Positions 37,681 through 50,929 of a stretch of DNA of 64,000 nt are shown in pieces; the first letter of the stretch is position 1; each line of letters opens with the position of its first letter. This stretch comes from Tubulanus polymorphus (lineage: Eukaryota > Animalia > Nemertea): NCBI RefSeq assembly GCF_964204645.1, contig NC_134036.1, positions 6,905,681 to 6,969,680 on the forward strand. Direction: 5' to 3'. The notes below the pieces were generated by a model. It saw only the letters and a program-made list of their open reading frames with translations, was not told where the DNA came from and did no database searches. The translations under genes were made by a program, and so were the position numbers.

Positions 37681-38579
37681 TCGTCAGTGTGCCGGCGGTG
37701 GTAGTTCGAAAAACGACTAAGTGCTGACCGGGCCTAGATTAGCGTTACGACTCGGTGCAGTGAGGGAGGGAGAGAGGCCGTAGGTCGGTCGTCCGTCCGG
37801 TCGTCAGTGTGCCGGCGGTGGTTGTTCGAAAAACGACTAAGTGCTGACCGGGCCTTGATCAGCGTTACGACCCGGTGCAGTGAGGGAGGGAGGGAGGCAG
37901 TAGGTCGGTCGTCCGTTCGTTCGTCAGTGTGCCGGCAGAGTTGGTTGTTCGAAAAACGACTAAGTGCTGACCGGGCCTTGATCAGCGTTACGACCCGGTG
38001 CAGTGAGGGAGGGAGGGAGGGAGGCAGTAGGTCGGTCGTCCATCCGTTCGTCAGTGTGCCGGCGGTGGTAGTTCGAAAAACGACTAAGTTCTGACCGGGC
38101 CTTGATCAGCGTTACGACCCGGTGCAGTGAGGGAGGGAGGGAGGGAGGCAGTAGGTCGGTCGTCCATCCGTTCGTCAGTGTGCCGGCGGTGGCAGTTCAA
38201 AAAACGACTAAGTGCTGACCGGGCCTTGATCAGCGTTACGACCCGGTGCAGTGAGGGAGGGAGGGAAGCAGTAGGTCGGTCGTCCGTCCGTTCGCCAGTG
38301 TGCCGCTGGTGGTTGTTCGAAAAACGACTAAGTGCTGACCGGGCCTTGATCAGCGTTACGACCCGGTGCAGTGAGGGAGGGAGGGAGGCACTAGGACAGT
38401 CGTCCGCCCGTTAGTCAGTGTGTCGGCGGTTGTTGTTCGAAAAACGACTAAGTGCTGACCGGGCCATGAACAGCGTTACGACCCGGCACCGGTCAGGAAG
38501 GGAGGGAGGGTGGCAGTAGGTCGGTCGTCCGTCCGTTCGTCAGTGTGCCGGCGGTGGTTTTTCGAAAAACGACTAAGTG

Positions 38580-41500
38580 CTGACCGGGCCTTGATCAGCG
38601 TTACGACCCGGAGCAGTGTGGGAGGGAGGGGGACAGTAGGTCGGTCGTCCGTCCGTTCGTCAGTGTGCCGGCAGAGTTGGTTGTTCGAAAAACGACTAAG
38701 TGCTGACCGGGCCTTGATCAGCGTTACGACCCGGTGCTGTGAGGGAGGGAGGGAGGCAGTAGGTCGGTCGTCCATCCGTTCGTCAGTGTGCCGGCGGTGG
38801 TTGTTCGAAAAACGACTAAGTGCTGACCGGGCCTTGATCAGCGTTACGACCCGGCGCAGTGAGGAAGGGAGGGAGGGAGGCAGTAGGTCGGTCGTCCATC
38901 CGTTCGTCAGTGTGCCGGCGGTGGTTGTTCGAAAAACGACTAAGTGCTGACCGGGCCTTGATCAGCGTTACGACCCGGTGCAGTGAGGGAGGGAGGGAGG
39001 CACTAGGACAGTTGTCCGCCCGTTAGTCAGTGTGTCGGCGGTTGTTGTTCAGAAAACGACTAAGTGCTGACCGGGCCATGAACAGCGTTACGACCCGGCA
39101 CCGGTCAGGAAGGGAGGGAGGGTGGCAGTAGGTCGGTCGTCCGTCCGTTCGTCAGTGTGCCGGCGGTGGTTGTTCGAAAAACGACTAAGTGCTGACCGGG
39201 CCTTAATCAGCGTTACGACCCGGCACCGGTCAGGAAGGGAGGGAGGGTGGCAGTAGGTCGGTCGTCCGTTCGTTGGTCAGTGTGCCGGCGGTGGTAGTTC
39301 GAAAAACGACTAAGTGCTGACCGGGCCTTGATCAGCGTTACGACCCGGAGCAGTGTGGGAGGGAGGGGGACAGTAGGTCGGTCGTCCGTCCGTTCGTCAG
39401 TGTGCCGGCGGTGGTTGTTCGAAAAACGACTAAGTGCTGACCGGGCCTTGATCAGCGTTACGACCCGGTGCAGTGAGGGAGGGAGGGAGGGAGGCAGTAG
39501 GTCGGTCGTCCATCCGTTCGTCAGTGTGCCGGCGGTGGTAGTTCGAAAAACGACTAAGTGCTGACCGGGCCTAGATCAGCGTTACGACTCGGTGCAGTGA
39601 GGGAGGGAGAGCGGCAGTAGGTCGGTCGTCCGTCCGGTCGTCAGTGTGCCGGCGGTGGTTGTTCGAAAAACGACTAAGTGCTGACCGGGCCTTGATCAGC
39701 GTTACGACCCGGAGCAGTGAGGGATGGAGGGAGGCAGTAGGTCGGTCGTCCGTCCGTTCGCCAGTGTGCCGCTGGTTGTTGTTCGAAAAACGACTAAGTG
39801 CTGACCGGGCCTTGATCAGCGTTACGACCCGGTGCAGTGAGGGAGGGAGGGAGGCACTAGGACAGTCATCCGCCCGTTAGTCAGTGTGTCGGCGGTTGTT
39901 GTTCGAAAAACGACTAAGTGCTGACCGGGCCATGAACAGCGTTACGACCCGGCACCGGTCAGGAAGGGAGGGAGGGTGGCAGTAGGTCGGTCGTCCGTTC
40001 GTTGGTCAGTGTGCCGGCGGTGGTAGTTCGAAAAACGACTAAGTGCTGACCGGGCCTTGATCAGCGTTACGACCCGGAGCAGTGTGGGAGGGAGGGGGAC
40101 AGTAGGTCGGTCGTCCGTCCGTTCGTCAGTGTGCCGGCAGAGTTGGTGGTTCGAAAAACGACTAAGTGCTGACCGGGCCTTGATCAGCGTTACGACCCGG
40201 TGCTGTGAGGGAGGGAGGGAGGCAGTAGCTCGGTCGTCCATCCGTTCGTCAGTGTGCCGGCGGTGGTTGTTCGAAAAACGACTAAGTGCTGACCGGGCCT
40301 TGATCAGCGTTACGACCCGGCGCAGTGAGGAAGGGAGGGAGGGAGGCAGTAGGTCGGTCGTCCATCCGTTCGTCAGTGTGCCGGCGGTGGTTGTTCGAAA
40401 AACGACTAAGTGCTGACCGGGCCTTGATCAGCGTTACGACCCGGTGCAGTGAGGGAGGGAGGGAGGCACTAGGACAGTTGTCCGCCCGTTAGTCAGTGTG
40501 TCGGCGGTTGTTGTTCAGAAAACGACTAAGTGCTGACCGGGCCATGAACAGCGTTACGACCCGGCACCGGTCAGGAAGGGAGGGAGGGTGGCAGTAGGTC
40601 GGTCGTCCGTCCGTTCGTCAGTGTGCCGGCGGTGGTTGTTCGAAAAACGACTAAGTGCTGACCGGGCCTTAATCAGCGTTACGACCCGGCACCGGTCAGG
40701 AAGGGAGGGAGGGTGGCAGTAGGTCGGTCGTCCGTTCGTTGGTCAGTGTGCCGGCGGTGGTAGTTCGAAAAACGACTAAGTGCTGACCGGGCCTTGATCA
40801 GCGTTACGACCCGGAGCAGTGTGGGAGGGAGGGGGACAGTAGGTCGGTCGTCCGTCCGTTCGTCAGTGTGCCGGCGGTGGTTGTTCGAAAAACGACTAAG
40901 TGCTGACCGGGCCATGATCAGCGTTACGACCCGGTGTAATGAGGGAGGGATGGAGGCACTAGGACAGTCGTCCGCCCGTTAGTCAGTGTGTCGGCGGTTG
41001 TTGTTCGAAAAACGACTAAGTGCTGACCGGGCCATGAACAGCGTTACGACCCGGCACCGGTCAGGAAGGGAGGGAGGGTGGCAGTAGGTCGGTCGTCCGT
41101 TCGTTCGTCAGTGTGCCGGCGGTGGTTGTTCGAATAACGACTAAGTGCTGACCGGGCCTTGATCAGCGTTACGACCCGGCACCGGTCAGGGAGGGAGGGA
41201 GGGAGGCAGTAGGTCGGTCGTCCGTCCGTTCGTCATTGTGCCGGCGGTGGTAGTTCGAAAAACGACTAAGTGCTGACCGGGCCTTGATCAGCGTTACGAC
41301 CCGGTGCAGTGAAGGAGGGAGGGAGGCAGTAGGTCGGTCGTCCATCCGTTCGTCAGTGTGCCGGCGGTGGTAGTTCGAAAAACGACTAAGTGCTGACCGG
41401 GCCTTGATCAGCGTTACGACCCGGTGCAGTGAGGGAGGGAGGGAGGGAGGCAGTAGGTCGGTCGTCCATCCGTTCGTCAGTGTGCCGGCGGTGGTAGTTC

Positions 41501-41600
41501 GAAAAACGACTAAGTGCTGACCGGGCCTAGATCAGCGTTACGACTCGGTGCAGTGAGGGAGGGAGAGAGGCAGTAGGTCGGTCGTCCGTCCGGTCGTCAG
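38580..41600 (+). repeat. ~1466-bp 12-monomer higher-order unit in tandem; recurs at ~54.4-58.9 kb (offset ~17.34 kb)
   Basis: ORF offsets 39328/40794 = 1466, 55514/56980 = 1466, 56664/58129 = 1465 and 39328/56664 = 17336. Marker GTTCAGAAAAC at ~39047, 40513, 55286, 56383 and 57848. Confidence 0.85.
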
Positions 41601-44600
41601 TGTGCCGGCGGTGGTTGTTCGAAAAACGACTAAGTGCTGACCGGGCCTTAATCAGCGTTACGACCCGGCACCGGTCAGGAAGGGAGGGAGGGTGGCAGTA
41701 GGTCGGTCGTCCGTTCGTTGGTCAGTGTGCCAGCGCTGGTAGTTCGAAAAACGACTAAGTGCTGACCGGGCCTTGATCAGCGTTACGACCCGGAGCAGTG
41801 TGGGAGGGAGGGGGACAGTAGGTCGGTCGTCCGTCCGTTCGTCAGTGTGCCGGCAGAGTTGGTTGTTCGAAAAACGACTAAGTGCTGACCGGGCCTTGAT
41901 CAGCGTTAGGACCCGGTGCTGTGAGGGAGGGAGGGAGGCAGTAGGTCGGTCGTCCATCCGTTCGTCAGTGTGCCGGCGGTGGTTGTTCGAAAAACGACTA
42001 AGTGCTGACCGGGCCTTGATCAGCGTTACGACCCGGCGGAGTGAGGGAGGGAGGGAGGGAGGCAGTTGGTCGGTCGTCCATCCGTTCGTCAGGGTGCCGG
42101 CGGTGGTTGTTCGAAAAACGACTAAGTGCTGACCGGGCCTTGATCAGCGTTACGACCCGGTGCAGTGAGGGAGGGAGGGAGGCACTAGGACAGTCGTCCG
42201 CCCGTTAGTCAGTGTGTCGGCGGTTGTTGTTCGAAAAACGACTAAGTGCTGACCGGGCCATGAACAGCGTTACGACCCGGCACCGGTCAGGAAGGGAGGG
42301 AGGGTGGCAGTAGGTCGGTCGTCCGTCCGTTCGTCAGTGTGCCGGCGGTGGTTGTTCGAAAAACGACTAAGTGCTGACCGGGCCTTGATCAGCGTTACGA
42401 CCCGGAGCAGTGAGGGAGGGAGGGAGGCAGTAAGTCGGTCGTCCGTCCGTTCGCCAGTGTGCCGGCGGTGGTTGTTCAAAAATCGACTAAGTGCTGACCG
42501 GGCCTTGATCAGCGTTACGACCCGGAGCATTGAGGGAGGGAGGGAGGCAGTAGGTCGGTCGTCCGTCCGTTTGTCAGTAAGCCGGCAGTGATGGTTGTTC
42601 GAAAAACGACTAAGGGCTGACCGGGCCTTAATCAGCGTTACGACCCGGCGCTGGTCAGGGAGGGAGGGAGGGAGGCAGTAGGTCGGTCGTCCATCCGTTC
42701 GTCAGTGTGCCGGCGGTGGTAGTTCGAAAAACGACTAAGTGCTGACCGGGCCTTGATCAGCGTTACGACCCTGTGCAGTGAGGGAGGGAGGGAGGCAGTA
42801 GGTCAGTCGTCCGTCCGTTCGTCAGTGTGCCGGCAGAGTTGGTTGTTCGAAAAACGACTAAGTGCTGACCGGGCCTTGATCAGCGTTACGACCCGGTGCA
42901 GTGAGGGAGGGAGGGAGGGAGGCAGTAGGTCGGTCGTCCATCCGTTCGTCAGTGTGCCGGCGGTGGTAGTTCGAAAAACGACTAAGTGCTGACCGGGCCT
43001 TGATCAGCGTTACGACCCGGTGCAGTGAGGGAGGGAGGGAGGGAGGCAGTAGGTCGGTCGTCCATCCGTTCGTCAGTGTGCCGGCGGTGGTTGTTCGAAA
43101 AACGACTAAGTGCTGACCGGGCCTTGATCAGCGTTACGACCCGGTGCAGTGAGGGAGGGAGGGAGGCAGTAGGTCGGTCGTCCGTCCGTTCGTCAGTGTG
43201 CCGGCGGTGGTAGTTCGAAAAACGACTAAGTGCTGACCGGGCCATGAACAGCGTTACGACCCGGCACCGGTCAGGAAGGGAGGGAGGTCGGCAGTAGGTC
43301 GGTCGTCCGTTCGTTCGTCAGTGTGCCGGCGGTGGTTGTTCGAATAACGACTAAGTGCTGATCGGGCCTTGATCAGCGTTACGACCCGGCACCGGTCAGG
43401 GAGGGAGGGAGGGAGGCAGTAGGTCGGTCGTCCGTCCGTTCGTCATTGTGCCGGCGGTGGTAGTTCGAAAAACGACTAAGTGCTGACCGGGCCTTGATCA
43501 GCGTTACGACCCGGAGCATTGAGGGAGGGAGGGTGGCAGTAGGTCGGTCGTCCGTCCGTTTGTCAGTGTGCCGGCAGTGATGGTTGTTCGAAAAATGACT
43601 TAGGGCTGACCGGGCCTTGATCAGCGTTACGACCCGGCGCTGGTCAGGGCGGGAGGGAGGGAGGCAGTAGGTCGGTCGTCCATCCGTTCGTCAGTGTGCC
43701 GGCGGTGGTAGTTCGAAAAACGACTAAGTGCTGACCGGGCCTAGATCAGCGTTACGACTCGGTGCAGTGAGGGAGGGAGAGAGGCAGTAGGTCGGTCGTC
43801 CGTCCGGTCGTCAGTGTGCCGGCGGTGGTTGTTCGAAAAACGACTAAGTGCTGACCGGGCCTTGATCAGCGTTACGATCCGGTGCAGTGAGGGAGGGAGG
43901 GAGGCAGTAGGTCGGTCGTCCGTCCGTTCGTCAGTGTGCCGGCAGAGTTGGTTGTTCGAAAAACGACTAAGTGCTGACCGGGCCTTGATCAGCGTTACGA
44001 CCCGGTGCAGTGAGAGAGGGAGGGAGGGAGGCAGTAGGTCGGTCGTCCATCCGTTCGTCAGTGTGCCGGCGGTGGTAGTTCAAAAAACGACTAAGTGCTG
44101 ACCGGGCCTTGATCAGCGTAACGACCCGGTGCAGTGAGGGAGGGAGGGAGGCAGTAGGTCGGTCGTCCGTCCGTTCGCCAGTGTGCCGCTGGTGGTTGTT
44201 CGAAAAACGACTAAGTGCTGACCGGGCCTTGATCAGCGTTACGACCCGGAGCAGTGAGGGAGGGAGGGAGGCAGTAGGTCGGTCGTCCGTCCGTTCGCCA
44301 GTGTGCCGCTGGTGGTTGTTCGAAAAACGACTAAGTGCTGACCGGGCCTTGATCAGCGTTACGACCCGGTGCAGTGAGGGAGGGAGGGAGGCACTAGGAC
44401 AGTCGTCCGCCCGTTAGTCAGTGTGTCGGCGGTTGTTGTTCGAAAAACGACTAAGTGCTGACCGGTCCATGAACAGCGTTACGACCCGGCACCGGTCAGG
44501 AAGGGAGGAAGGGTGGCAGTAGGTCGGTCATCCGTTCGTTGGTCAGTGTGCCGGCGGTGGTAGTTCTAAAAACGACTAAGTGCTGACCGGGCCTTGATCA

Positions 44601-47600
44601 GCGTTACGACCCGGAGCATTGAGGGAGGGAGGGAGGCAGTAGGTCGGTCGTCCGTCCGTTTGTCAGTGTGCCGGCAGTGATGGTTGTTCGAAAAATGACT
44701 AAGGGCTGACCGGGCCTTGATCAGCGTTACGACCCGGCGCTGGTCAAGGGTGGGAGGGAGGGAGGTAGTAGGTCGGTCGTCCGTCCGTTCGTCAGTGTGC
44801 CGGCGGTGGTTGTTCGAAAAACGACTAAGTGCTGACCGGGCCTTAATCAGCGTTACGACCCGGCACCGGTCAGGGAGGGAGGGAGGGAGGCAGTAGGTCG
44901 GTCGTCCGTCCGTTCGTCAGTGTGCCGGCGGTGGTTTTTCGAAAAACGACTAAGTGCTGACCGGGCCTTGATCAGCGTTACGACCCGGAGCAGTGAGGGA
45001 GGGAGAGAGGCAGTAGGTCGGTCGTCCGTCCGTTTGTCAGTGTGCCGGCAGTGATGGTTGTTCGAAAAACGACTAAGGGCTGACCGGGCCTTAATCAGCG
45101 TTACGACCCGGCGCTGGTCAGGGAGGGAGGGAGGGAGGCAGTAGGTCGGTCGTCCATCCGTTCGTCAGTGTGCCGGCGGTGGTTGTTCGAAAAACGACTA
45201 AGTGCTAACCGGGCCATGATCAGCGTTACGACCCGGTGCTGTGAGGGAGGGAGGGAGGCACTAGGACAGTCGTCCGCCCGTTAGTCAGTGTGTCGGCGGT
45301 TGTTGTTCGAAAAACGACTAAGTGCTGACCGGGCCATGAACAGCGTTACGACCCGGCACCGGTCAGGAAGGGAGGGAGGGTGGCAGTAGGTCGGTCGTCC
45401 GTTCATTCGTCAGTGTGCCGGCGGTGGTTGTTCGAAAAACGACTAAGTGCTGACCGGGCCTTGATCAGCGTTACGACCCGGTGCAGTGAGGGAGGGAGGG
45501 AGGCGGTAGGTCGGTCGTCCGTCCGTTCGTCATTTTGCCGGCGGTGGTAGTTCGAAAAACGACTAAGTGCTGACCGGGCCTTGATCAGCGTTACGACCCG
45601 GAGCATTGAGGGAGGGAGGGAGGCAGTAGGTCGGTCGTCCGTCCGTTTGTCAGTGTGCCGGCAGTGATGGTTGTTCGAAAAATGACTAAGGGCTGACCGG
45701 GCCTTGATCAGCGTTACGACCCGGCGCTGGTCAGGGCGGGAGGGAGGGAGGCAGTAGGTCGGTCGTCCATCCGTTCGTCAGTGTGCCGGCGGTGGTAGTT
45801 CGAAAAACGACTAAGTGCTGACCGGGCCTAGATTAGCGTTACGACTCGGTGCAGTGAGGGAGGGAGAGAGGCCGTAGGTCGGTCGTCCGTCCGGTCGTCA
45901 GTGTGCCGGCGGTGGTTGTTCGAAAAACGACTAAGTGCTGACCGGGCCTTGATCAGCGTTACGACCCGGTGCAGTGAGGGAGGGAGGGAGGCAGTAGGTC
46001 GGTCGTCCGTTCGTTCGTCAGTGTGCCGGCAGAGTTGGTTGTTCGAAAAACGACTAAGTGCTGACCGGGCCTTGATCAGCGTTACGACCCGGTGCAGTGA
46101 GGGAGGGAGGGAGGGAGGCAGTAGGTCGGTCGTCCATCCGTTCGTCAGTGTGCCGGCGGTGGTAGTTCGAAAAACGACTAAGTTCTGACCGGGCCTTGAT
46201 CAGCGTTACGACCCGGTGCAGTGAGGGAGGGAGGGAGGGAGGCAGTAGGTCGGTCGTCCATCCGTTCGTCAGTGTGCCGGCGGTGGCAGTTCAAAAAACG
46301 ACTAAGTGCTGACCGGGCCTTGATCAGCGTTACGACCCGGTGCAGTGAGGGAGGGAGGGAAGCAGTAGGTCGGTCGTCCGTCCGTTCGCCAGTGTGCCGC
46401 TGGTGGTTGTTCGAAAAACGACTAAGTGCTGACCGGGCCTTGATCAGCGTTACGACCCGGTGCAGTGAGGGAGGGAGGGAGGCACTAGGACAGTCGTCCG
46501 CCCGTTAGTCAGTGTGTCGGCGGTTGTTGTTCGAAAAACGACTAAGTGCTGACCGGGCCATGAACAGCGTTACGACCCGGCACCGGTCAGGAAGGGAGGG
46601 AGGGTGGCAGTAGGTCGGTCGTCCGTTCGTTGGTCAGTGTGCCGGCGGTGGTAGTTCGAAAAACGACTAAGTGCTGACCGGGCCTTGATCAGCGTTACGA
46701 TTCGGAGCATTGAGGGAGGGAGGGAGGCAGTAGGTCGGTCGTCCGTCCGTTTGTCAGTGTGCCGGCAGTGATGGTTGTTCGAAAAATGACTAAGGGCTGA
46801 CCGGGCCTTGATCAGCGTTACGACCCGGCGCTGGTCAGGGCGGGAGGGAGGGAGGCAGTAGGTCGGTCGTCCATCCGTTCGTCAGTGTGCCGGCGGTGGT
46901 AGTTCGAAAAACGACTAAGTGCTGACCGGGCCTAGATCAGCGTTACGACTCGGTGCAGTGAGGAAGGGAGAGAGGCAGTAGGTCGGTCGTCCATCCGTTC
47001 GTCAGTGTGCCGGCGGTTATAGTTCAAAAAACGACTAAGTGCTGACCGGGCCTTGATCAGCGTTACGACCCGGTGCATTGAGGGAGGGAGGGAGGCAGTA
47101 GGTCGGTCGTCCGTCCGTTCGCCAGTGTGCCGCTGGTGGTTGTTCGAAAAACGACTAAGTGCTGACCGGGCCTTGATCAGCGTTACGACCCGGAGCAGTG
47201 AGGGAGGGAGGGAGGCAGTAGGTCGGTCGTCCGTCCGTTCGCCAGTGTGCCGCTGGTGGTTGTTCGAAAAACGACTAAGTGCTGACCGGGCCTTGATCAG
47301 CGTTACGACCCGGTGCAGTGAGGGAGGGAGGGAGGCACTAGGACAGTCGTCCGCCCGTTAGTCAGTGTGTCGGCGGTTGTTGTTCGAAAAACGACTAAGT
47401 GCTGACCGGGCCATGAACAGCGTTACGACCCGGCACCGGTCAGGAAGGGAGGGAGGGTGGCAGTAGGTCGGTCGTCCGTTCGTTGGTCAGTGTGCCGGCG
47501 GTGGTAGTTCGAAAAACGACTAAGTGCTGACCGGGCCTTGATCAGCGTTACGACCCGGAGCAGTGTGGGAGGGAGGGGGACAGTAGGTCGGTCGTCCGTC

Positions 47601-50600
47601 CGTTCGTCAGTGTGCCGGCAGAGTTGGTTGTTCGAAAAACGACTAAGTGCTGACCGGGCCTTGATCAGCGTTACGACCCGGTGCTGTGAGGGAGGGAGGG
47701 AGGCAGTAGGTCGGTCGTCCATCCGTTCGTCAGTGTGCCGGCGGTGGTTGTTCGAAAAACGACTAAGTGCTGACCGGGCCTTGATCAGCGTTACGACCCG
47801 GCGCAGTGAGGAAGGGAGGGAGGGAGGCAGTAGGTCGGTCGTCCATCCGTTCGTCAGTGTGCCGGCGGTGGTTGTTCGAAAAACGACTAAGTGCTGACCG
47901 GGCCTTGATCAGCGTTACGACCCGGTGCAGTGAGGGAGGGAGGGAGGCACTAGGACAGTCGTCCGCCCGTTAGTCAGTGTGTCGGCGGTTGTTGTTCGAA
48001 AAACGACTAAGTGCTGACCGGGCCATGAACAGCGTTACGACCCGGCACCGGTCAGGAAGGGAGGGAGGGTGGCAGTAGGTCGGTCGTCCGTCCGTTCGTC
48101 AGTGTGCCGGCGGTGGTTTTTCGAAAAACGACTAAGTGCTGACCGGGCCTTAATCAGCGTTACGACCCGGCACCGGTCAGGAAGGGAGGGAGGGTGGCAG
48201 TAGGTCGGTCGTCCGTTCGTTGGTCAGTGTGCCGGCGGTGGTAGTTCGAAAAACGACTAAGTGCTGACCGGGCCTTGATCAGCGTTACGACCCGGTGCAG
48301 TGAGGGAGGGAGGGAGGCAGTAGGTCGGTCGTCCGTCCGTTCGTCAGTGTGCCGGCAGAGTTGGTTGTTCGAAAAACGACTAAGTGCTGACCGGGCCATG
48401 ATCAGCGTTACGACCCGGTGTAATGAGGGAGGGATGGAGGCACTAGGACAGTCGTCCGCCCGTTAGTCAGTGTGTCGGCGGTTGTTGTTCGAAAAACGAC
48501 TAAGTGCTGACCGGGCCTTGATCAGCGTTACGACCCGGCACCGGTCAGGAAGGGAGGGAGGGTGGCAGTAGGTCGGTCGTCCGTTCGTTGGTCAGTGTGC
48601 CGGCGGTGGTAGTTCGAAAAACGACTAAGTGCTGACCGGGCCTTGATCAGCGTTACGACCCGGTGCTGTGAGGGAGGGAGGGAGGCTGTAGGTCGGTCGT
48701 CCATCCGTTCGTCAGTGTGCCGGCGGTGGTTGTTCGAAAAACGACTAAGTGCTTACCGGGCCTTGATCAGCGTTACGACCCGGTGCAGTGAGGGAGGGAG
48801 GGAGGCAGTAGGTCGGTCGTCCGTCCGTTCGTCAGTGTGCCGGCGGTGGTTGTTCGAAAAACGACTAAGTGCTGACCGGGCCATGATCAGCGTTACGACC
48901 CGGTGTAATGAGGGAGGGATGGAGGCACTAGGACAGTCGTCCGCCCGTTAGTCAGTGTGTCGGCGGTTGTTGTTCGAAAAACGACTAAGTGCTGACCGGG
49001 CCTTGATCAGCGTTACGACCCGGCACCGGTCAGGGAGGGAGGGAGGGAGGCAGTAGGTCGGTCGTCCGTCCGTTCGTCATTGTGCCGGCGGTGGTAGTTC
49101 GAAAAACGACTAAGTGCTGACCGGGCCTTGATCAGCGTTACGACCCGGTGCAGTGAGGGAGGGAGGGAGGCAGTAGGTCGGTCGTCCGTTCGTTCGTCAG
49201 TGTGCCGGCGGTGGTTGTTCGAATAACGACTAAGTGCTGACCGGGCCTTGATCAGCGTTACGACCCGGCACCGGTCAGGGAGGGAGGGAGGGAGGGAGGC
49301 AGTAGGTCGGTCGTCCGTCCGTTCGTCATTGTGCCGGCGGTGGTAGTTCGAAAAACGACTAAGTGCTGACCGGGCCTTGATCAGCGTTACGACCCGGTGC
49401 AGTGAGGGAGGGAGGGAGGCTGTAGGTCGGTCGTCCATCCGTTCGTCAGTGTGCCGGCGGTGGTAGTTCGAAAAACGACTAAGTGCTGACCGGGCCTTGA
49501 TCAGCGTTACGACCCGGAGCAGTGAGGGAGGGAGGGAGGCAGTAGGTCGGTCGTCCATCCGTTCGTCAGTGTGCCGGCGGTGGTTGTTCGAAAAACGACT
49601 AAGTGCTGACCGGGCCATGATCAGCGTTACGACCCGGTGCAGTGAGGGAGGGATGGAGGCACTAGGACAGTCGTCCGCCCGTTAGTCAGTGTGGCGGCGG
49701 TTGTTGTTCGAAAAACGACTAAGTGCTGACCGGGCCATGAACAGCGTTACGACCCGGCACCGGTCAGGAAGGGAGGGAGGGTGGCAGTAGGTCGGTCGTC
49801 CGTTCGTTCGTCAGTGTGCCGGCGGTGGTTGTTCGAATAACGACTAAGTGCTGACCGGGCCTTGATCAGCGTTACGACCCGGCACCGGTCAGGGAGGGAG
49901 GGAGGGAGGCAGTAGGTCGGTCGTCCGTCCGTTCGTCATTGTGCCGGCGGTGGTAGTTCGAAAAACGACTAAGTGCTTACCGGGCCTTGATCAGCGTTAC
50001 GACCCGGTGCAGTGAGGGAGGGAGGGAGGCAGTAGGTCGGTCGTCCATCCGTTCGTCAGTGTGCCGGCGGTGGTAGTTCGAAAAACGACTAAGTGCTGAC
50101 CGGGCCTTGATCAGCGTTACGACCCGGTGCAGTGAGGGAGGGAGGGAGGGAGGCAGTAGGTCGGTCGTCCATCCGTTCGTCAGTGTGCCGGCGGTGGTAG
50201 TTCGAAAAACGACTAAGTGCTGACCGGGCCTTGATCAGCGTTACGACCCGGTGCAGTGAGGGAGGGAGGGAGGGAGGCAGTAGGTCGGTCGTCCATCCGT
50301 TCGTCAGTGTGCCGGCGGTGGTAGTTCGAAAAACGACTAAGTGCTGACCGGGCCTTGATCAGCGTTACGACCCGGAGCAGTGAGGGAGGGAGGGAGGCAG
50401 TAGGTCGGTCGTCCGTCCGTTCGCCAGTGTGCCGCTGGTTGTTGTTCGAAAAACGACTAAGTGCTGACCGGGCCTTGATCAGCGTTACGACCCGGAGCAG
50501 TGAGGGAGGGAGGGAGGCAGTAGGTCGGTCGTCCATCCGTTCGTCAGTGTGCCGGCGGTGGTTGTTCGAAAAACGACTAAGTGCTGACCGGGCCATGATC

Positions 50601-50929
50601 AGCGTTACGACCCGGTGCAGTGAGGGAGGGATGGAGGCACTAGGACAGTCGTCCATCCGTTCGTCAGTGTGCCGGCGGTGGTAGTTCGAAAAACGACTAA
50701 GTGCTGACCGGGCCTTGATCAGCGTTACGACCCGGTGCAGTGAGGGAGGGAGGGAGGGAGGCAGTAGGTCGGTCGTCCATCCGTTCGTCAGTGTGCCGGC
50801 GGTGGTAGTTCGAAAAACGACTAAGTGCTGACCGGGCCATGAACAGCGTTACGACCCGGCACCGGTCAGGAAGGGAGGGAGGGTGGCAGTAGGTCGGTCG
50901 TCCGTTCGTTGGTCAGTGTGCCGGCGGTG

